A DNA stretch of 64,000 bases from Macrostomum lignano (Eukaryota), in assembly GCA_002269645.1 (NCBI GenBank), contig NIVC01002201.1, positions 30,008 through 94,007 of the forward strand. Direction: 5' to 3'. Below the pieces are notes generated by a model. The model had not been told where the DNA came from. It worked only from the letters and a program-made list of their open reading frames with translations, and did not search any database. Below, one piece after another: positions 32,201 to 45,113 of the stretch. Made by a program: the position numbers and the translations under genes. The first letter of the stretch is position 1. The number at the start of each line of letters is the position of its first letter.

Positions 32201-35200
32201 GTGAGAGACTGGGAGAGTGGGAGAGTGACTGGGAGAGTGGGAGACTGGGAGAGTGAGAGACTGGGAGAGTGAGAGACTGGGAGAGTGAGAGACTGGGAGA
32301 GTGAGAGACTGGGAGAGTGAGAGACTGGGAGAGTGAGAGACTGGGAGAGTGAGAGACTGGGAGAGTGGGAGAGTGACTGGGAGAGTGAGAGACTGGGAGA
32401 GTGGGAGAGTGACTGGGAGAGTGAGAGACTGGGAGAGTGGGAGAGTGACTGGGAGAGTGAGAGACTGGGAAAGTGGGAGAGTGACTGGGAGAGTGAGAGA
32501 CTGGGAGAGTGAGACTGGAAGAGTGGGAGACTGGGAGAGTGAGAGACTGGGAGAGTGGGAGAGTGACTGGGAGAGTGAGAGACTGGGAGAGTGAGACACT
32601 GGGAGAGTTAGAGTGAGAGACTGGGAGAGTGAGAGACTGGGAGAGTGAGACACTGGGAGAGTGAGAGACTGGGAGAGTGGGAGAGTGACTGGGAGAGTGA
32701 GAGACTGGGAGAGTGAGACTGGGAGAGTGGGAGACTGGGAGAGTGAGAGACTGGGAGAGTGGGAGAGTGACTGGGAGAGTGAGAGACTGGGAGAGTGAGA
32801 GACTGGGAGAGTGAGAGACTGGGAGAGTGAGAGACTGGGAGAGTGAGAGACTGGGAGAGTGAGAGACTGGAGAGTGGGAGAGTGACTGGAGAGTGAGAGA
32901 CTGGGAGAGTGAGAGACTGGGAGAGTGAGAGACTGGGAGAGTGAGAGACTGGGAGAGTGGGAGAGTGACTGGGAGAGTGAGAGACTGGGAGAGTGGGAGA
33001 GTGACTGGGAGAGTGAGAGACTGGGAGAGTGAGACTGGGAGAGTGGGAGACTGGGAGAGTGAGAGACTGGGAGAGTGGGAGAGTGACTGGGAGAGTGAGA
33101 GACTGGGAGAGTGAGACTGGGAGAGTGGGAGACTGGGAGAGTGAGAGACTGGGAGAGTGGGAGAGTGACTGGGAGAGTGAGAGACTGGGAGAGTGAGAGA
33201 CTGGGAGAGTGAGACACTGGGAGAGTTAGAGTGAGAGACTGGAGAGTGAGAGACTGGGAGAGTGGGAGAGTGACTGGGAGAGTGAGAGACTGGGAGAGTG
33301 AGACTGGGAGAGTGGGAGACTGGGAGAGTGAGAGACTGGGAGAGTGGGAGAGTGACTGGGAGAGTGAGAGACTGGGAGAGTGAGAGACTGGGAGAGTGAG
33401 ACACTGGAAGAGTTAGAGTGAGAGACTGGGAGAGTGAGAGACTGGGAGAGTGAGACACTGGGAGAGTGAGAGACTGGGAGAGTGGGAGAGTGACTGGGAG
33501 AGTGAGAGACTGGGAGAGTGAGACTGGGAGAGTGGGAGACTGGAGAGTGAGAGACTGGGAGAGTGGGAGAGTGACTGGGAGAGTGAGATACTGGGAGAGT
33601 GGGAGAGTGACTGGGAGAGTGAGATACTGGGAGAGTGGGAGAGTGACTGGGAGAGTGAGAGACTGGGAGAGTGAGACACTGGGAGAGTGAGAGACTGGGA
33701 GAGTGGGAGAGTGACTGGGAGAGTGAGAGACTGGGAGAGTGAGAGACTGGGAGAGTGAGACACTGGGAGAGTTAGAGTGAGAGACTGGGAGAGTGAGAGA
33801 CTGGGAGAGTGAGACACTGGGAGAGTGAGAGACTGGGAGAGTGGGAGAGTGACTGGGAGAGTGAGAGACTGGGAGAGTGAGACTGGGAGAGTGGGAGACT
33901 GGGAGAGTGAGAGACTGGGAGAGTGGGAGAGTGACTGGGAGAGTGAGAGACTGGGAGAGTGAGAGACTGGGAGAGTGGGAGAGTGACTGGGAGAGTGAGA
34001 GACTGGGAGAGTGAGACACTGGGAGAGTGAGACACTGGGAGAGTGAGAGACTGGGAGAGTGGGAGAGTGACTGGGAGAGTGAGAGACTGGGAGAGTGAGA
34101 CTGGGAGAGTGGGAGACTGGGAGAGTGAGAGACTGGGAGAGTGAGACACTGGGAGAGTGAGAGACTGGGAGAGAGACTGGGAGAGTTAGAGTGAGAGACT
34201 GGAGAGAGACTGGGAGACTGGGAGAGTGAGACACTGGGAGAGTGAGAGACTGGGAGAGTGGGAGAGTGGGAGAGTGAGACACTGGAGAGTGAGAGACTGG
34301 GAGAGTGACTGGGAGAGTGAGAGACTGGGAGAGTGAGAGACTGGGAGAGTGAGAGACTGGGAGAGTGGGAGAGTGACTGGGAGAGTGGGAGAGACTGGGA
34401 GAGAGTGGGAGAGTGGGAGAGACTGGGAGAGTGAGAGACTGGGAGAGAGACTGGGAGAGTGGGAGACTGAGAGAATGAGACTGGGAGAGAGACTGGGAGA
34501 CTGGGAGAGAGAGTGGGAGTGGGAGAGTGGGAGACTGGGAGAGAGTGGGAGTGGGAGAGTGGGAGACTGGGAGAGAGTGGGAGTGGGAGAGTGGGAGACT
34601 GGGAGAGTGAGACACTGGAAGAGTTAGAGTGAGAGACTGGGAGAGTGAGAGACTGGGAGAGTGAGACACTGGGAGAGTGAGAGACTGGGAGAGTGGGAGA
34701 GTGACTGGGAGAGTGAGAGACTGGGAGAGTGAGACTGGGAGAGTGGGAGACTGGGAGAGTGAGAGACTGGGAGAGTGGGAGAGTGACTGGGAGAGTGAGA
34801 GACTGGAAGAGTGGGAGAGTGACTGGGAGAGTGAGAGACTGGGAGAGTGAGACACTGGGAGAGTGAGAGACTGGGAGAGTGGGAGAGTAACTGGGAGAGT
34901 GAGACTGGGAGAGTGGGAGACTGGGAGAGTGAGAGACTGGGAGAGTGGGAGAGTGACTGGGAGAGTGAGAGACTGGGAGAGTGGGAGAGTGACTGGGAGA
35001 GTGAGAGACTGGGAGAGTGAGACTGGGAGAGTGGGAGACTGGGAGAGTGAGAGACTGGGAGAGTGGGAGAGTGACTGGGAGAGTGAGAGACTGGGAGAGT
35101 GAGAGACTGGGAGAGTGAGACACTGGGAGAGTTAGAGTGAGAGACTGGGAGAGTGAGAGACTGGGAGAGTGGGAGAGTGACTGGGAGAGTGAGAGACTGG

Positions 35201-37443
35201 GAGAGTGAGACTGGGAGAGTGGGAGACTGGGAGAGTGAGAGACTGGGAGAGTGAGAGACTGGGAGAGTGAGAGACTGGGAGAGTGAGAGACTGGGAGAGT
35301 GAGAGACTGGGAGAGTGGGAGAGTGACTGGGAGAGTGAGAGACTGGGAGAGTGAGAGACTGGGAGAGTGAGACACTGGAAGAGTTAGAGTGAGAGACTGG
35401 GAGAGTGAGAGACTGGGAGAGTGAGACACTGGGAGAGTGAGAGACTGGGAGAGTGGGAGAGTGACTGGGAGAGTGAGAGACTGGGAGAGTGAGACTGGGA
35501 GAGTGAGAGACTGGGAGAGTGGGAGAGTGACTGGGAGAGTGAGAGACTGGGAGAGTGAGAGACTGGGAGAGTGAGACACTGGGAGAGTGAGAGACTGGGA
35601 GAGTGGGAGAGTGACTGGGAGAGTGAGAGACTGGGAGAGTGAGACTGGGAGAGTGGGAGACTGGGAGAGTGAGAGACTGGGAGAGTGGGAGAGTGACTGG
35701 GAGAGTGAGAGACTGGGAGAGTGAGACTGGGAGAGTGGGAGACTGGGAGAGTGAGAGACTGGGAGAGTGAGACACTGGGAGAGTTAGAGTGAGAGACTGG
35801 GAGAGTGAGACACTGGGAGAGTGAGAGACTGGGAGAGTGGGAGAGTGACTGGGAGAGTGAGAGACTGGGAGAGTGAGACTGGGAGAGTGGGAGACTGGGA
35901 GAGTGAGAGAGTGGGAGAGTGAGACACTGGGAGAGTGAGAGACTGGGAGAGAGACTGGGAGAGTTAGAGTGAGAGACTGGGAGAGACACTGGGAGAGTGA
36001 GAGACTGGGAGAGTGAGACACTGGGAGAGTGAGACACTGGGAGAGTGAGAGACTGGGAGAGTGGGAGAGTGGGAGAGTGAGACACTGGGAGAGTGAGAGA
36101 CTGGGAGAGTGACTGGGAGAGTGAGAGACTGGGAGAGTGAGAGACTGGGAGAGTGGGAGACTGGGAGAGTGAGAGACTGGGAGAGTGGGAGAGTGACTGG
36201 GAGAGTGAGAGACTGGGAGAGTGGGAGAGTGACTGGGAGAGTGAGAGACTGGGAGAGTGAGACTGGGAGAGTGGGAGACTGGGAGAGTGAGAGACTGGGA
36301 GAGTGAGACACTGGGAGAGTTAGAGTGAGAGACTGGGAGAGTGAGACACTGGGAGAGTGAGAGACTGGGAGAGTGGGAGAGTGACTGGGAGAGTGAGAGA
36401 CTGGGAGAGTGAGACTGGGAGAGTGGGAGACTGGGAGAGTGAGAGACTGGGAGAGTGAGACACTGGAGAGTGAGAGACTGGGAGAGAGACTGGGAGAGTT
36501 AGAGTGAGAGACTGGGAGAGAGACTGGGAGAGTGAGAGACTGGGAGAGTGAGACACTGGGAGAGTGAGACACTGGGAGAGTGAGAGACTGGGAGAGTGGG
36601 AGAGTGGGAGAGTGAGACACTGGGAGAGTGAGAGACTGGGAGAGTGACTGGGAGAGTGAGAGACTGGGAGAGTGAGAGACTGGGAGAGTGAGAGACTGGG
36701 AGAGTGGGAGAGTGACTGGGAGAGTGGGAGAGACTGGGAGAGAGTGGGAGAGTGGGAGAGACTGGGAGAGTGAGAGACTGGGAGAGAGACTGGGAGAGTG
36801 GGAGACTGAGAGAATGAGACTGGGAGAGAGACTGGGAGACTGGGAGAGAGAGTGGGAGAGTGGGAGACTGAGAGAATGAGACTGGGAGAGAGACTGGGAG
36901 ACTGGGAGAGAGAGTGGGAGAGTGGGAGACTGAGAGAATGAGACTGGGAGAGAGACTGGGAGAGTGGGAGACTGAGAGAATGAGACTGGGAGAGAGACTG
37001 GGAGACTGGGAGAGAGACTGGGAGAGTGGGAGACTGAGAGAATGAGACTGGGAGAGAGACTGGGAGACTGGGAGAGAGAGTGGGAGTGGGAGAGTGGGAG
37101 ACTGGGAGAGAGTGGGAGTGGGAGAGTGGGAGACTGGGAGAGAGAGTGGGAGTGGGAGACTGGGAGACTGGGAGAGAGAGTGGGAGTGGGAGAGTGGGAG
37201 ACTGGGAGAGAGAGTGGGAGTGGGAGAGTGGCAGACTGGGAGAGAGGGTGGGAGTGGGAGACTGGGAGACTGGGAGAGAGTGGGAGTGGGAGAGTGGGAG
37301 ACTGGGAGAGAGAGTGGGAGTGGGAGACTGGGAGACTGGGAGAGAGTGGGAGTGGGAGAGTGGGAGACTGGGAGAGAGTGGGAGTGGGAGAGTGGGAGAC
37401 TGGGAGAGAGGGTGGGAGTGGGAGACTGGGAGACTGGGAGAGT
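26284..37443. repeat. 11.2-kb satellite of 16-bp unit (GAGAGACTGGGAGAGT)n with variants and higher-order structure
   Basis: Continuous array, ~81% purine on + strand. Rare variant markers recur ~5.18 kb apart. Confidence 0.98.
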
Positions 37444-38217
37444 CGCACAAATTATATTCACATCACCGCACAGAAATATTTTCATGCTTTGCTCATTCTC
37501 ACAGAATCTCGATGCTCCGACGCCCCATAGCAAATTACAAACGAGCTCTGCTTTAACGGAGAAAATTCTCATCATAAAAATTAGGCCACCTGAATTTTTT
37601 TGCAATATCAACATAAACAGAGAAGCGCGCGCTCTGTTGGTTAATTGTAGCAATTTATTAATTTAAATTATAAAAAAGATTATAACATTTTTTCACGTTT
37701 TTAAAGGCCTTCGCAATCGAAATAAATAAGCGATATTCATATGGATATAGATAGTAAAGAAAGTTAGCAAAATTTCAGTTTCACTTCTTTTTAAACAACT
37801 TTAGAAGCCGCGATGGGGTTAAAAAAATAAAATTGATTCGCAAATAGCTGCACGGATTACAGAGACGGCGGGACAGAGATTACAAACAGCTCTCTCATTG
37901 GCCCCTGAGCTGCCAGCCAATCAGGAGGAAGCGGAGGAGGTGGTGGGTTGACAGCGAAGGCACAGTAAAGGCCGGTGCGATTTAAGGATTAAAAAAGTTA
38001 ACGCGTGGCTACTCGCAGTAACTACATGAACATTGAGAACAGCAGGCACTGTTAGTATCGAAAAAATTAAAGCATTTCAAAGCTAATCGAATGGGGAAAT
38101 CTGTTCTATTCACCAATCTGGTTTAGCTATTGTACAGCGGCGTATGGAATTTGCGTACTTAAGCACTTGACACACTGCGGCGGTTTACTAAGTAGTAGAA
38201 CTGTGTGCCCTCACGCC

Positions 38218-39140
38218 TCTGCTCTCTCTCTCACCCTGCAGCCACTGCTCTCTCTCACCCTGCAGCCACTGCTCTCTCACCCTGCAACCCCTGCTCTCTC
38301 TCACCCTGCAGCCACTGCTCTCTCTCACCCTGCAACCCCTGCTCTCTCTCACCCTGCAGCCACTGCTCTCTCTCACCCTGCAACCCCTGCTCTCTCTCAC
38401 CCTGCAACCCCTGCTCTCTCTCACACTGCAACCCCTGCTCTCTCTCACCCTGCAACCCCTGCTCTCTCTCACCCTGCAACCCCTGCTCTCTCTCACCCTG
38501 CAACCCCTGCTCTCTCTCACCCTGCAACCCCTGCTCTCTCTCACCCTGCAACCCCTGCTCTCTCTCACCCTGCAACCCCTGCTCTCTCTCACCCTGCAGC
38601 CACTGCTCTCTCTCACCCTGCAGCCACTGCTCTCTCTCACCCTGCAACCCCTGCTCTCTCTCACCCTGCAGCCACTGCTCTCTCTCACCCTGCAACCCCT
38701 GCTCTCTCTCACCCTGCAGCCCCTGCTCTCTCTCACCCTGCAGCCACTGCTCTCTCTCACCCTGCAACCCCTGCTCTCTCTCACCCTGCAGCCCCTGCTC
38801 TCTCTCACCCTGCAGCCACTGCTCTCTCACCCTGCAGCCACTGCTCTCTCTCACCCTGCAACCCCTGCTCTCTCTCACCCTGCAGCCCCTGCTCTCTCTC
38901 ACCCTGCAGCCACTGCTCTCTCTCACCCTGCAGCCACTGCTCTCTCTCACCCTGCAGCCACTGCTCTCTCCCACCCTGCAGCCACTGCTCTCTCTCACCC
39001 TGCAGCCACTGCTCTCTCTCACCCTGCAGCCACTGCTCTCTCCCACCCTGCAGCCACTGTTCTCTCTCACCCTGCTGTCACAGGCTGCAACCCCTGCTGT
39101 CACAGGCTGCAACCCCTGCTGTCACAGGCTGCAACCCCTG
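38218..39140. repeat. 24-bp minisatellite (CTCTCTCTCACCCTGCAGCCACTG)n
   Basis: Direct tandem repeat. Confidence 0.95.
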
Positions 39141-40049
39141 CCGCAGTCACATGCCGTCTGCCCACACTGCCGCGGAGTACATGGCGCATAGAACGCAAGC
39201 AAAATAAAGCAATCGCACAGCCATACCAGTACAAAACAAAGATAGCTGCGCGCACTAGGAGAAAACTGAGAGCAAAAACGTGATAAGTAGAGAAGAGAAA
39301 ACAAATATGTGCTTTGCTACAACTTGTTGGCAATAAAGAAGCGACACACACACAAGCCATAACAATTTCCTGTTTTGGCCAACCTGCAGATAAAAGCAAT
39401 CAACAAATAATCGATAAAACTAATTAATGTTCAGCGGCACACAAGAGAGATTAGAATAATAGTAAGGGGAAAACAGCAGCAAGTTAAAGCGAGAGATTGA
39501 CAAAGCGAAAACAATCACATGTACAGATTTGTACAAGCAATAAAAATTCAGACCAATGCCCGAAATTCACAGATTTGCGCACAGCAGTAAATAAATAAGG
39601 AAAAATACTGCTTCTGCTGCTGAAATTCAAATTCAAAACAAAATGGAGACGTACAGAAAAAAAATGAATACGAGTTAAAATTGCGCACTGGAAATGTTAT
39701 ACTACTTACTTTAAAAGCAGAGTTTTTTATCGCAAAATGTGCAAAGCAAAAAATCTTAACGCATTAACGCATTTTATCATAAAACTTTAACCTGCCTACT
39801 GAAACCACTGGCACTGTACATGGGAGAAAAACAAAGCAGTAATGCCGCGTCTACTAGAGATCAGTTCAATGGAAGGTTTCAATTGTATGCGGGTTAATCA
39901 CAGATTTTACACACAGAGTTCCAGGTGCTAAACAGGCATTTGTGCAATCGGGGTAATGCCAGATAAAATATATACCCCCCTTAGGAACTAAAGCAGAAAA
40001 TATAAGCGAAGTTTTGATAGCATCGACAAGAAATACAGAGCCACATCAA

Positions 40050-40895
40050 ACATACAGAACTGTCTACAGTAGCATACAGAACTGTCTACAGCAGCATACA
40101 GAACTGTCTACAGCAGCAAACAGAACTGTCTACAGCAGCATACAGAACTGTCTACAGCAGCATACAGAACTGTCTACATTAGCATACAGAACTGTCTACA
40201 GCAGCAAACAGAACTGTCTACAGCAGCATACAGAACTGTCTACATTAGCATACAGAACTGTCTACAGTAGCATACAGAACTGTCTACAGTAGCATACAGA
40301 ACTGTCTACAGTAGCATACAGAACTGTCTACAGCAGCATACAGAACTGTCTACAGCAGCAAACAGAACTGTCTACAGCAGCATACAGAACTGTCTACAGC
40401 AGCATACAGAACTGTCTACATTAGCATACAGAACTGTCTACAGCAGCAAACAGAACTGTCTACAGCAGCATACAGAACTGTCTACATTAGCATACAGAAC
40501 TGTCTACATTAGCATACAGAACTGTCTACATTAGCATACAGAACTGTCTACAGCAGCATACAGAACTGTCTACAGCAGCATACAGAACTGTCTACAGCAG
40601 CATACAGAACTGTCTACATTAGCATACAGAACTGTCTACAGCAGCATACAGAACTGTCTACAGCAGCATACAGAACTGTCTACATTAGCATACAGAACTG
40701 TCTACAGCAGCATACAGAACTGTCTACAGCAGCATACAGAACTGTCTACAGTAGCATACAGAACTGTCTACATTAGCATACAGAACTGTCTACAGCAGCA
40801 TACAGAACTGTCTACAGCAGCATACAGAACTGTCTACAGTATCATACAGAACTGTCTACAGCAGCATACAGAACTGTCTACAGCATCACACAGAA
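40050..40895. repeat. 22-bp minisatellite (CATACAGAACTGTCTACAGCAG)n
   Basis: Direct tandem repeat ~200 nt downstream of the CTDSPL2 stop. Confidence 0.95.
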
Positions 40896-41107
40896 CAATT
40901 TACAGGACATTCTACAACGTCATTCGAAGAACAAAGACTCACTATAGCTAAGCAAATGAATATTGGTGTCAGTAAATATGATATTAGTGCATTAATAATG
41001 GATAATTGAAACTAGCTGCAATAACCTGGAAACAGCTAAATAATGATAATGAGAAATTACACAAATTAAACTAAAAGCCTATATAAAAACTCGCCAGCAC
41101 GGGGGGG

Positions 41108-41552
41108 TCACCACAGCTCCAGCGGTTGCAGGGCCGGGGCGGCCGATACCCGCTCGTGTAGGCGAAACTTCTGGCTGATCACAGTGCGCACGTCTGTGTC
41201 CTGCGCGGGCCAGGATAAGGGAAATACGCTTGTTAGGTTAGCTATATTCCGATATGTTTTGTAGTTAACATCTACTAACAACCCACCTGACTAGCAATGA
41301 ACTCGAGGAAGGGTAGCAACTTGAAGAGCTCCCGATCCTCGGAGTCTGTGTACCACGACGAGATGGGGATGCCGTTGCTGAGCTGATAAGCGAACGCCTG
41401 AGGCGAATTGTCCACGATCACTGTGGCGGACATGTCCCGGTCCAGGATGCTCAGGTCTTTGATGTAGTTGCCCTGGACTGACACGCAGTGCTCGCGGAAT
41501 AGCCGGTGCCTGCGGCGCGAGATTAGCGATGAAGGGACTGAGTGAGGGCCTG

Positions 41553-41639
<87 letters not shown>

Positions 41640-41640
41640 A

Positions 41641-41673
<33 letters not shown>

Positions 41674-42028
41674 CTAAGACAGACACTAAGACAGACAGAT
41701 AGACACTAAGACAGACAGACAGACACTAAGACAAACAGACTAACAGACAGACAGACAGACAGACACTAAGACAGACAGACAGACAGACACTAAGACAGAC
41801 AGATAGACACTAAGACAGACAGACAGACACTAAGACAGACAGACAGACAGACACTAAGACAGACAGATAGACACTAAGACAGACAGACAGACACTAAGAC
41901 AGACAGACAGACAGACACTCTGACAGACAGACAGACAAACACTAAGACAGGTAGACAGACAGACAGACAGGCAGGCAGACAGACAGACAGACAGGCAGGC
42001 AGACAGACAGACAGACAGACAGACACGC

Positions 42029-42061
<33 letters not shown>

Positions 42062-44058
42062 GGCAGGCAGAGAGACATAAAGACAGACAGACAGACACTA
42101 AGACAGACAGACAGACAGACACTAAGACAGGTAGACAGACAGACAGACACTAAGACAGGTAGACAGACAGACAGACAGGCAGGCAGACAGACAGGCAGAC
42201 AGACAGGCAGGCAGACAGACAGAAAGACAGACAGACAGACACTAAGACAGACAGACAGACACTAAGACAGACAGACAGACAGACACTAAGACAGGTAGAC
42301 AGACAGACAGATAGGCAGGCAGACAGACAGGCAGACAGACAGGCAGGCAGACAGACAGACAGACACGCAGACAGACAGACAGACAGGCAGGCAGGCAGAC
42401 AGACAGACAGGAAGGCAGGCAGACAGACAGACAGACAGACAGACACGCAGACAGACAGACAGCCCAGCTGCACCTGATGAAGCGCTTCTCCGGGTCCAGG
42501 ATGTCCAGCAGGGCGTCCGCATAGTCACGGATGCTGGCAGTGAACAGCACCACCTCGAACAGCTGGGAGACTCGGTGCAGGAATTCATGAAAGCCGGGCC
42601 TCAGCTTCACGTGCACCTTGTACTCAACAAACTCGAATGAGACAGGGAAGGTGAGATCGGCGCCGTGCAGGAAGTTGTCCACGCTGGAGTGCACCAGCGT
42701 CTCATCCAAGTCCAGCACCAGGGTGCATCGCGGAGTCCGGCGGGTCTTTTTCGGCAGCACCGGGATGCGCTGGGGCTGGCCGGCGGCGCCGGCGGGAGGC
42801 TGCGGATGAAGCTGAACCTGAAAATTTATTTTAAAATGCTACACTGTACATGAAACGTATAAAAGTAAGTTGATTAAAAGGGCCTGTTCTCTGAACTTGG
42901 TGCACTGGTTTAGTGGTGGGTAATTCATAGATAAAATAAATACCTGCACAAATAAACAGAATGTGCAGGTTTGATTAGGGAATGTGTAGGTTTGATTAGG
43001 GAATGTGTAGGTTTGATTAAGAAATGTGCAGGTTTGATTAGGGAATGTGCAGGTTTGATTACGGAATGTGCAGGTTTAGTTAGGGAATGTGCAGGTTTAG
43101 TTAGGGAATGTGCAGGTTTAGTCAGGGAATGCGCAGGTTTAGTCAGGGAATGTGCAGGTTTAGTCAGGGAATGTGCAGGTTTAGTCAGGGAATGTGCAGG
43201 TTTAGTCAGGGAATGTGCAGGTTTAGTCAGAGCAAGTGAAACCTGTCGAGTCTCTAGAAGATCAGACAAGGTGAACTGAGGGCACTCACGGATCCAAGTA
43301 GTCCTCAGTGGCGGTGCCGGCACAATATCTGTACTCCTCCGGATCGGTGTACTTCCTAGCCAGCAGCTGCTCATGCTCACTGCTAGCTAGAGGATTTTTA
43401 CAAGCCATGGCGTTTTCGTCAGTGACTGGCGGCTGAGTCGGCTCCGCAATTGGCGCGGCGCCGTCGCCGGCTCCGTCGTTGGCACCGACGGCCGTGGCTT
43501 CAATCTCTTCCTCTTCGGCCTCCTCCTCGGAGCCGCCATCGTCCGAGGATTCGCCGCTGTCGGGCGCCGGCAGCTCCTTGTCGGCCGGTGCTGGCGCAGT
43601 AATGTTAGCGGCTGTTGCTAAGGAAGCCAAATCGACCGAATGATGCACGAGGCAGCGACGCCGGGACAGCAGGCGAGCCGGGTTTCGTCCACGACGCCGC
43701 TGCTTGGTTGTCCGCTCCGCCGCCAGCTGCTGCTTCCTGCTGCCAGAATTATTATTGTCATCGTTGCCAGCCGCGTCAACAGCAGCTGGCGTCGGATCTT
43801 CGAATGCCGGCGAGAACAGCCGGCCGTGCAGGTGAGTTCTGGTCCGCTTCGGCGTGCCAGCAGCTTTGGCGGCGCACGACGGCGAGGATGAAACGCCAAC
43901 CTGTTGAGGCGGCGGACGGCGAATCCGACGAAGGCGGTGCTGCTGCTGATGCTGCTGCTGCTGTTGAGCGGCTGAAGTGATGAAGGAGGCACCGCCGCCG
44001 CCGCCGCAAACCCTGGCCGGAGCAGTCTGGATCCTGTGCAGCCTTGCGTGTCGAGCAT
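41108..44058 (-). CDS. CTDSPL2: CTD small phosphatase-like protein 2 (SCP4/CTDSPL2), FCP1-like HAD phosphatase; contains apparent frameshift(s)
   Basis: Exons complement(41108..41200, 41287..41509, 42474..42817, 43290..~44058). Motifs [34 protein letters not shown] (DxDxT intact), [52 protein letters not shown] and DVR..I..KFRLH, plus upstream LFSPAF. A 1-nt shift lies at ~42780. The 5' end is uncertain. Confidence 0.92.
41552..42461. repeat. (GACA)n microsatellite with GACACTAA/GGCA variants, CTDSPL2 intron
   Basis: Fills intron 41510-42473. Confidence 0.96.
42960..43230. repeat. 21-bp minisatellite (GGGAATGTGCAGGTTTAGTCA)n, CTDSPL2 intron
   Basis: In intron 42818-43289. Confidence 0.94.
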
Positions 44059-44112
44059 TCTTTGATCTGGTCTGGGCTGCACGGCGGAACCAACGTTCCA
44101 GAGATTGGTTGG

Positions 44113-44118
44113 TTTATA
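44113..44118 (-). promoter_or_regulatory. Candidate TATA box for CTDSPL2
   Basis: TATAAA on - strand, 55 nt upstream of ATG 44058. Position only; no TSS data. Confidence 0.35.
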
Positions 44119-44264
44119 AGGAGGAGGGAGATTTATCCCAGTTTGCTCTCTTTATCGCTGGCCGCTAGAATCAAAGTGTTGATACTAGCCGCATGAATGT
44201 AAATTTATAGAGGCAAATTCTAATTCAATGAAAAGAAATTATATCTTTTTTCTAACTGGAACAG

Positions 44265-44715
44265 TCAGAGACGAGCTGGTTATTCTGTTTCTATCCCAAC
44301 CAATCATAGTCGAGCTGGTTACTCTTTTTTGCATACCAGCCAATAAGAGTCGAGCTGGTTACTCTTTTTTTCTATCCCAGCCGATAAGAGACGAGCTGGT
44401 TATTCTTTTTTTCCAGCCAATCAGAGTCGAGCTGGCTACTCCTATTTTTATCCGGACCAATCAGAGTCGAGCTGGTTACTCTTTTTTTCTATCCCAGCCA
44501 ATAAGAGACGAGCTGGTTATATTATTTTTTTCCAGCCTATCAGAGTCGAGCTGGTTATTCTTTTTCCATCCCAGCCAATCAGAGACGAGCTGGTTATTCT
44601 TTTTCCATCCCAGCCAATCAGAGACGAGCTGGCTACTCCTATTTTTATCCGGACTAATCAGGGACGAGCTGGATACAATTTTTCTATCACGAGCAATCAG
44701 AGACCAGCTAGCTAT
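44265..44715. repeat. Diverged ~39-40-bp tandem repeat carrying CCAAT motifs (CAGCCAATCAGAGACGAGCTGG...)
   Basis: ~11 units between the TOP2 stop and the CTDSPL2 start; most carry CCAAT or a one-base variant. Confidence 0.85.
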
Positions 44716-45113
44716 TCTATTCTAGCTAGGAATACATTACCTATCAGACTAATAGAAGATCAGTTAGGAAAACAACATACTCGTAGTTACAAAAAGTAGT
44801 CAACTTTATACTTGATATATAAAAATTACAAGTCCAGGTATAATCAGTAGAAAATACAAGCAAGTAGAAATGCAATTTCTTGAAAAAGCAGTTAAATTCA
44901 ATCCTTTTTGTGCTTCGCAAAATAGACATCCAAAACACAGGAGGAAGCATCCATTATAAACCTTTTTCAAATACAATTGCGTCTACACTTTCATAAGCAA
45001 ACACTGAAAATGCAGTCAATAAAATAACTAACTTTTCAAGCTTAAAAAACGATTTTTACTCGTATTTTAATCTGAACTGTTAATCACAAGACTTTTAAAT
45101 TTCAATTTTGTCG

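Noticed and set aside
26276-37666. Ser/Leu/Pro-rich ORFs up to 1497 aa (mucin- or silk-like)
   Set aside because: The 16-bp unit is not a multiple of 3 and simply lacks stops on the pyrimidine strand; frames break at indels and there is no flanking unique coding sequence.
38167-39207. Cys-rich metallothionein- or keratin-associated-like ORFs (CSLSPC repeats)
   Set aside because: A 24-bp array open in multiple frames on both strands, with no unique coding context.
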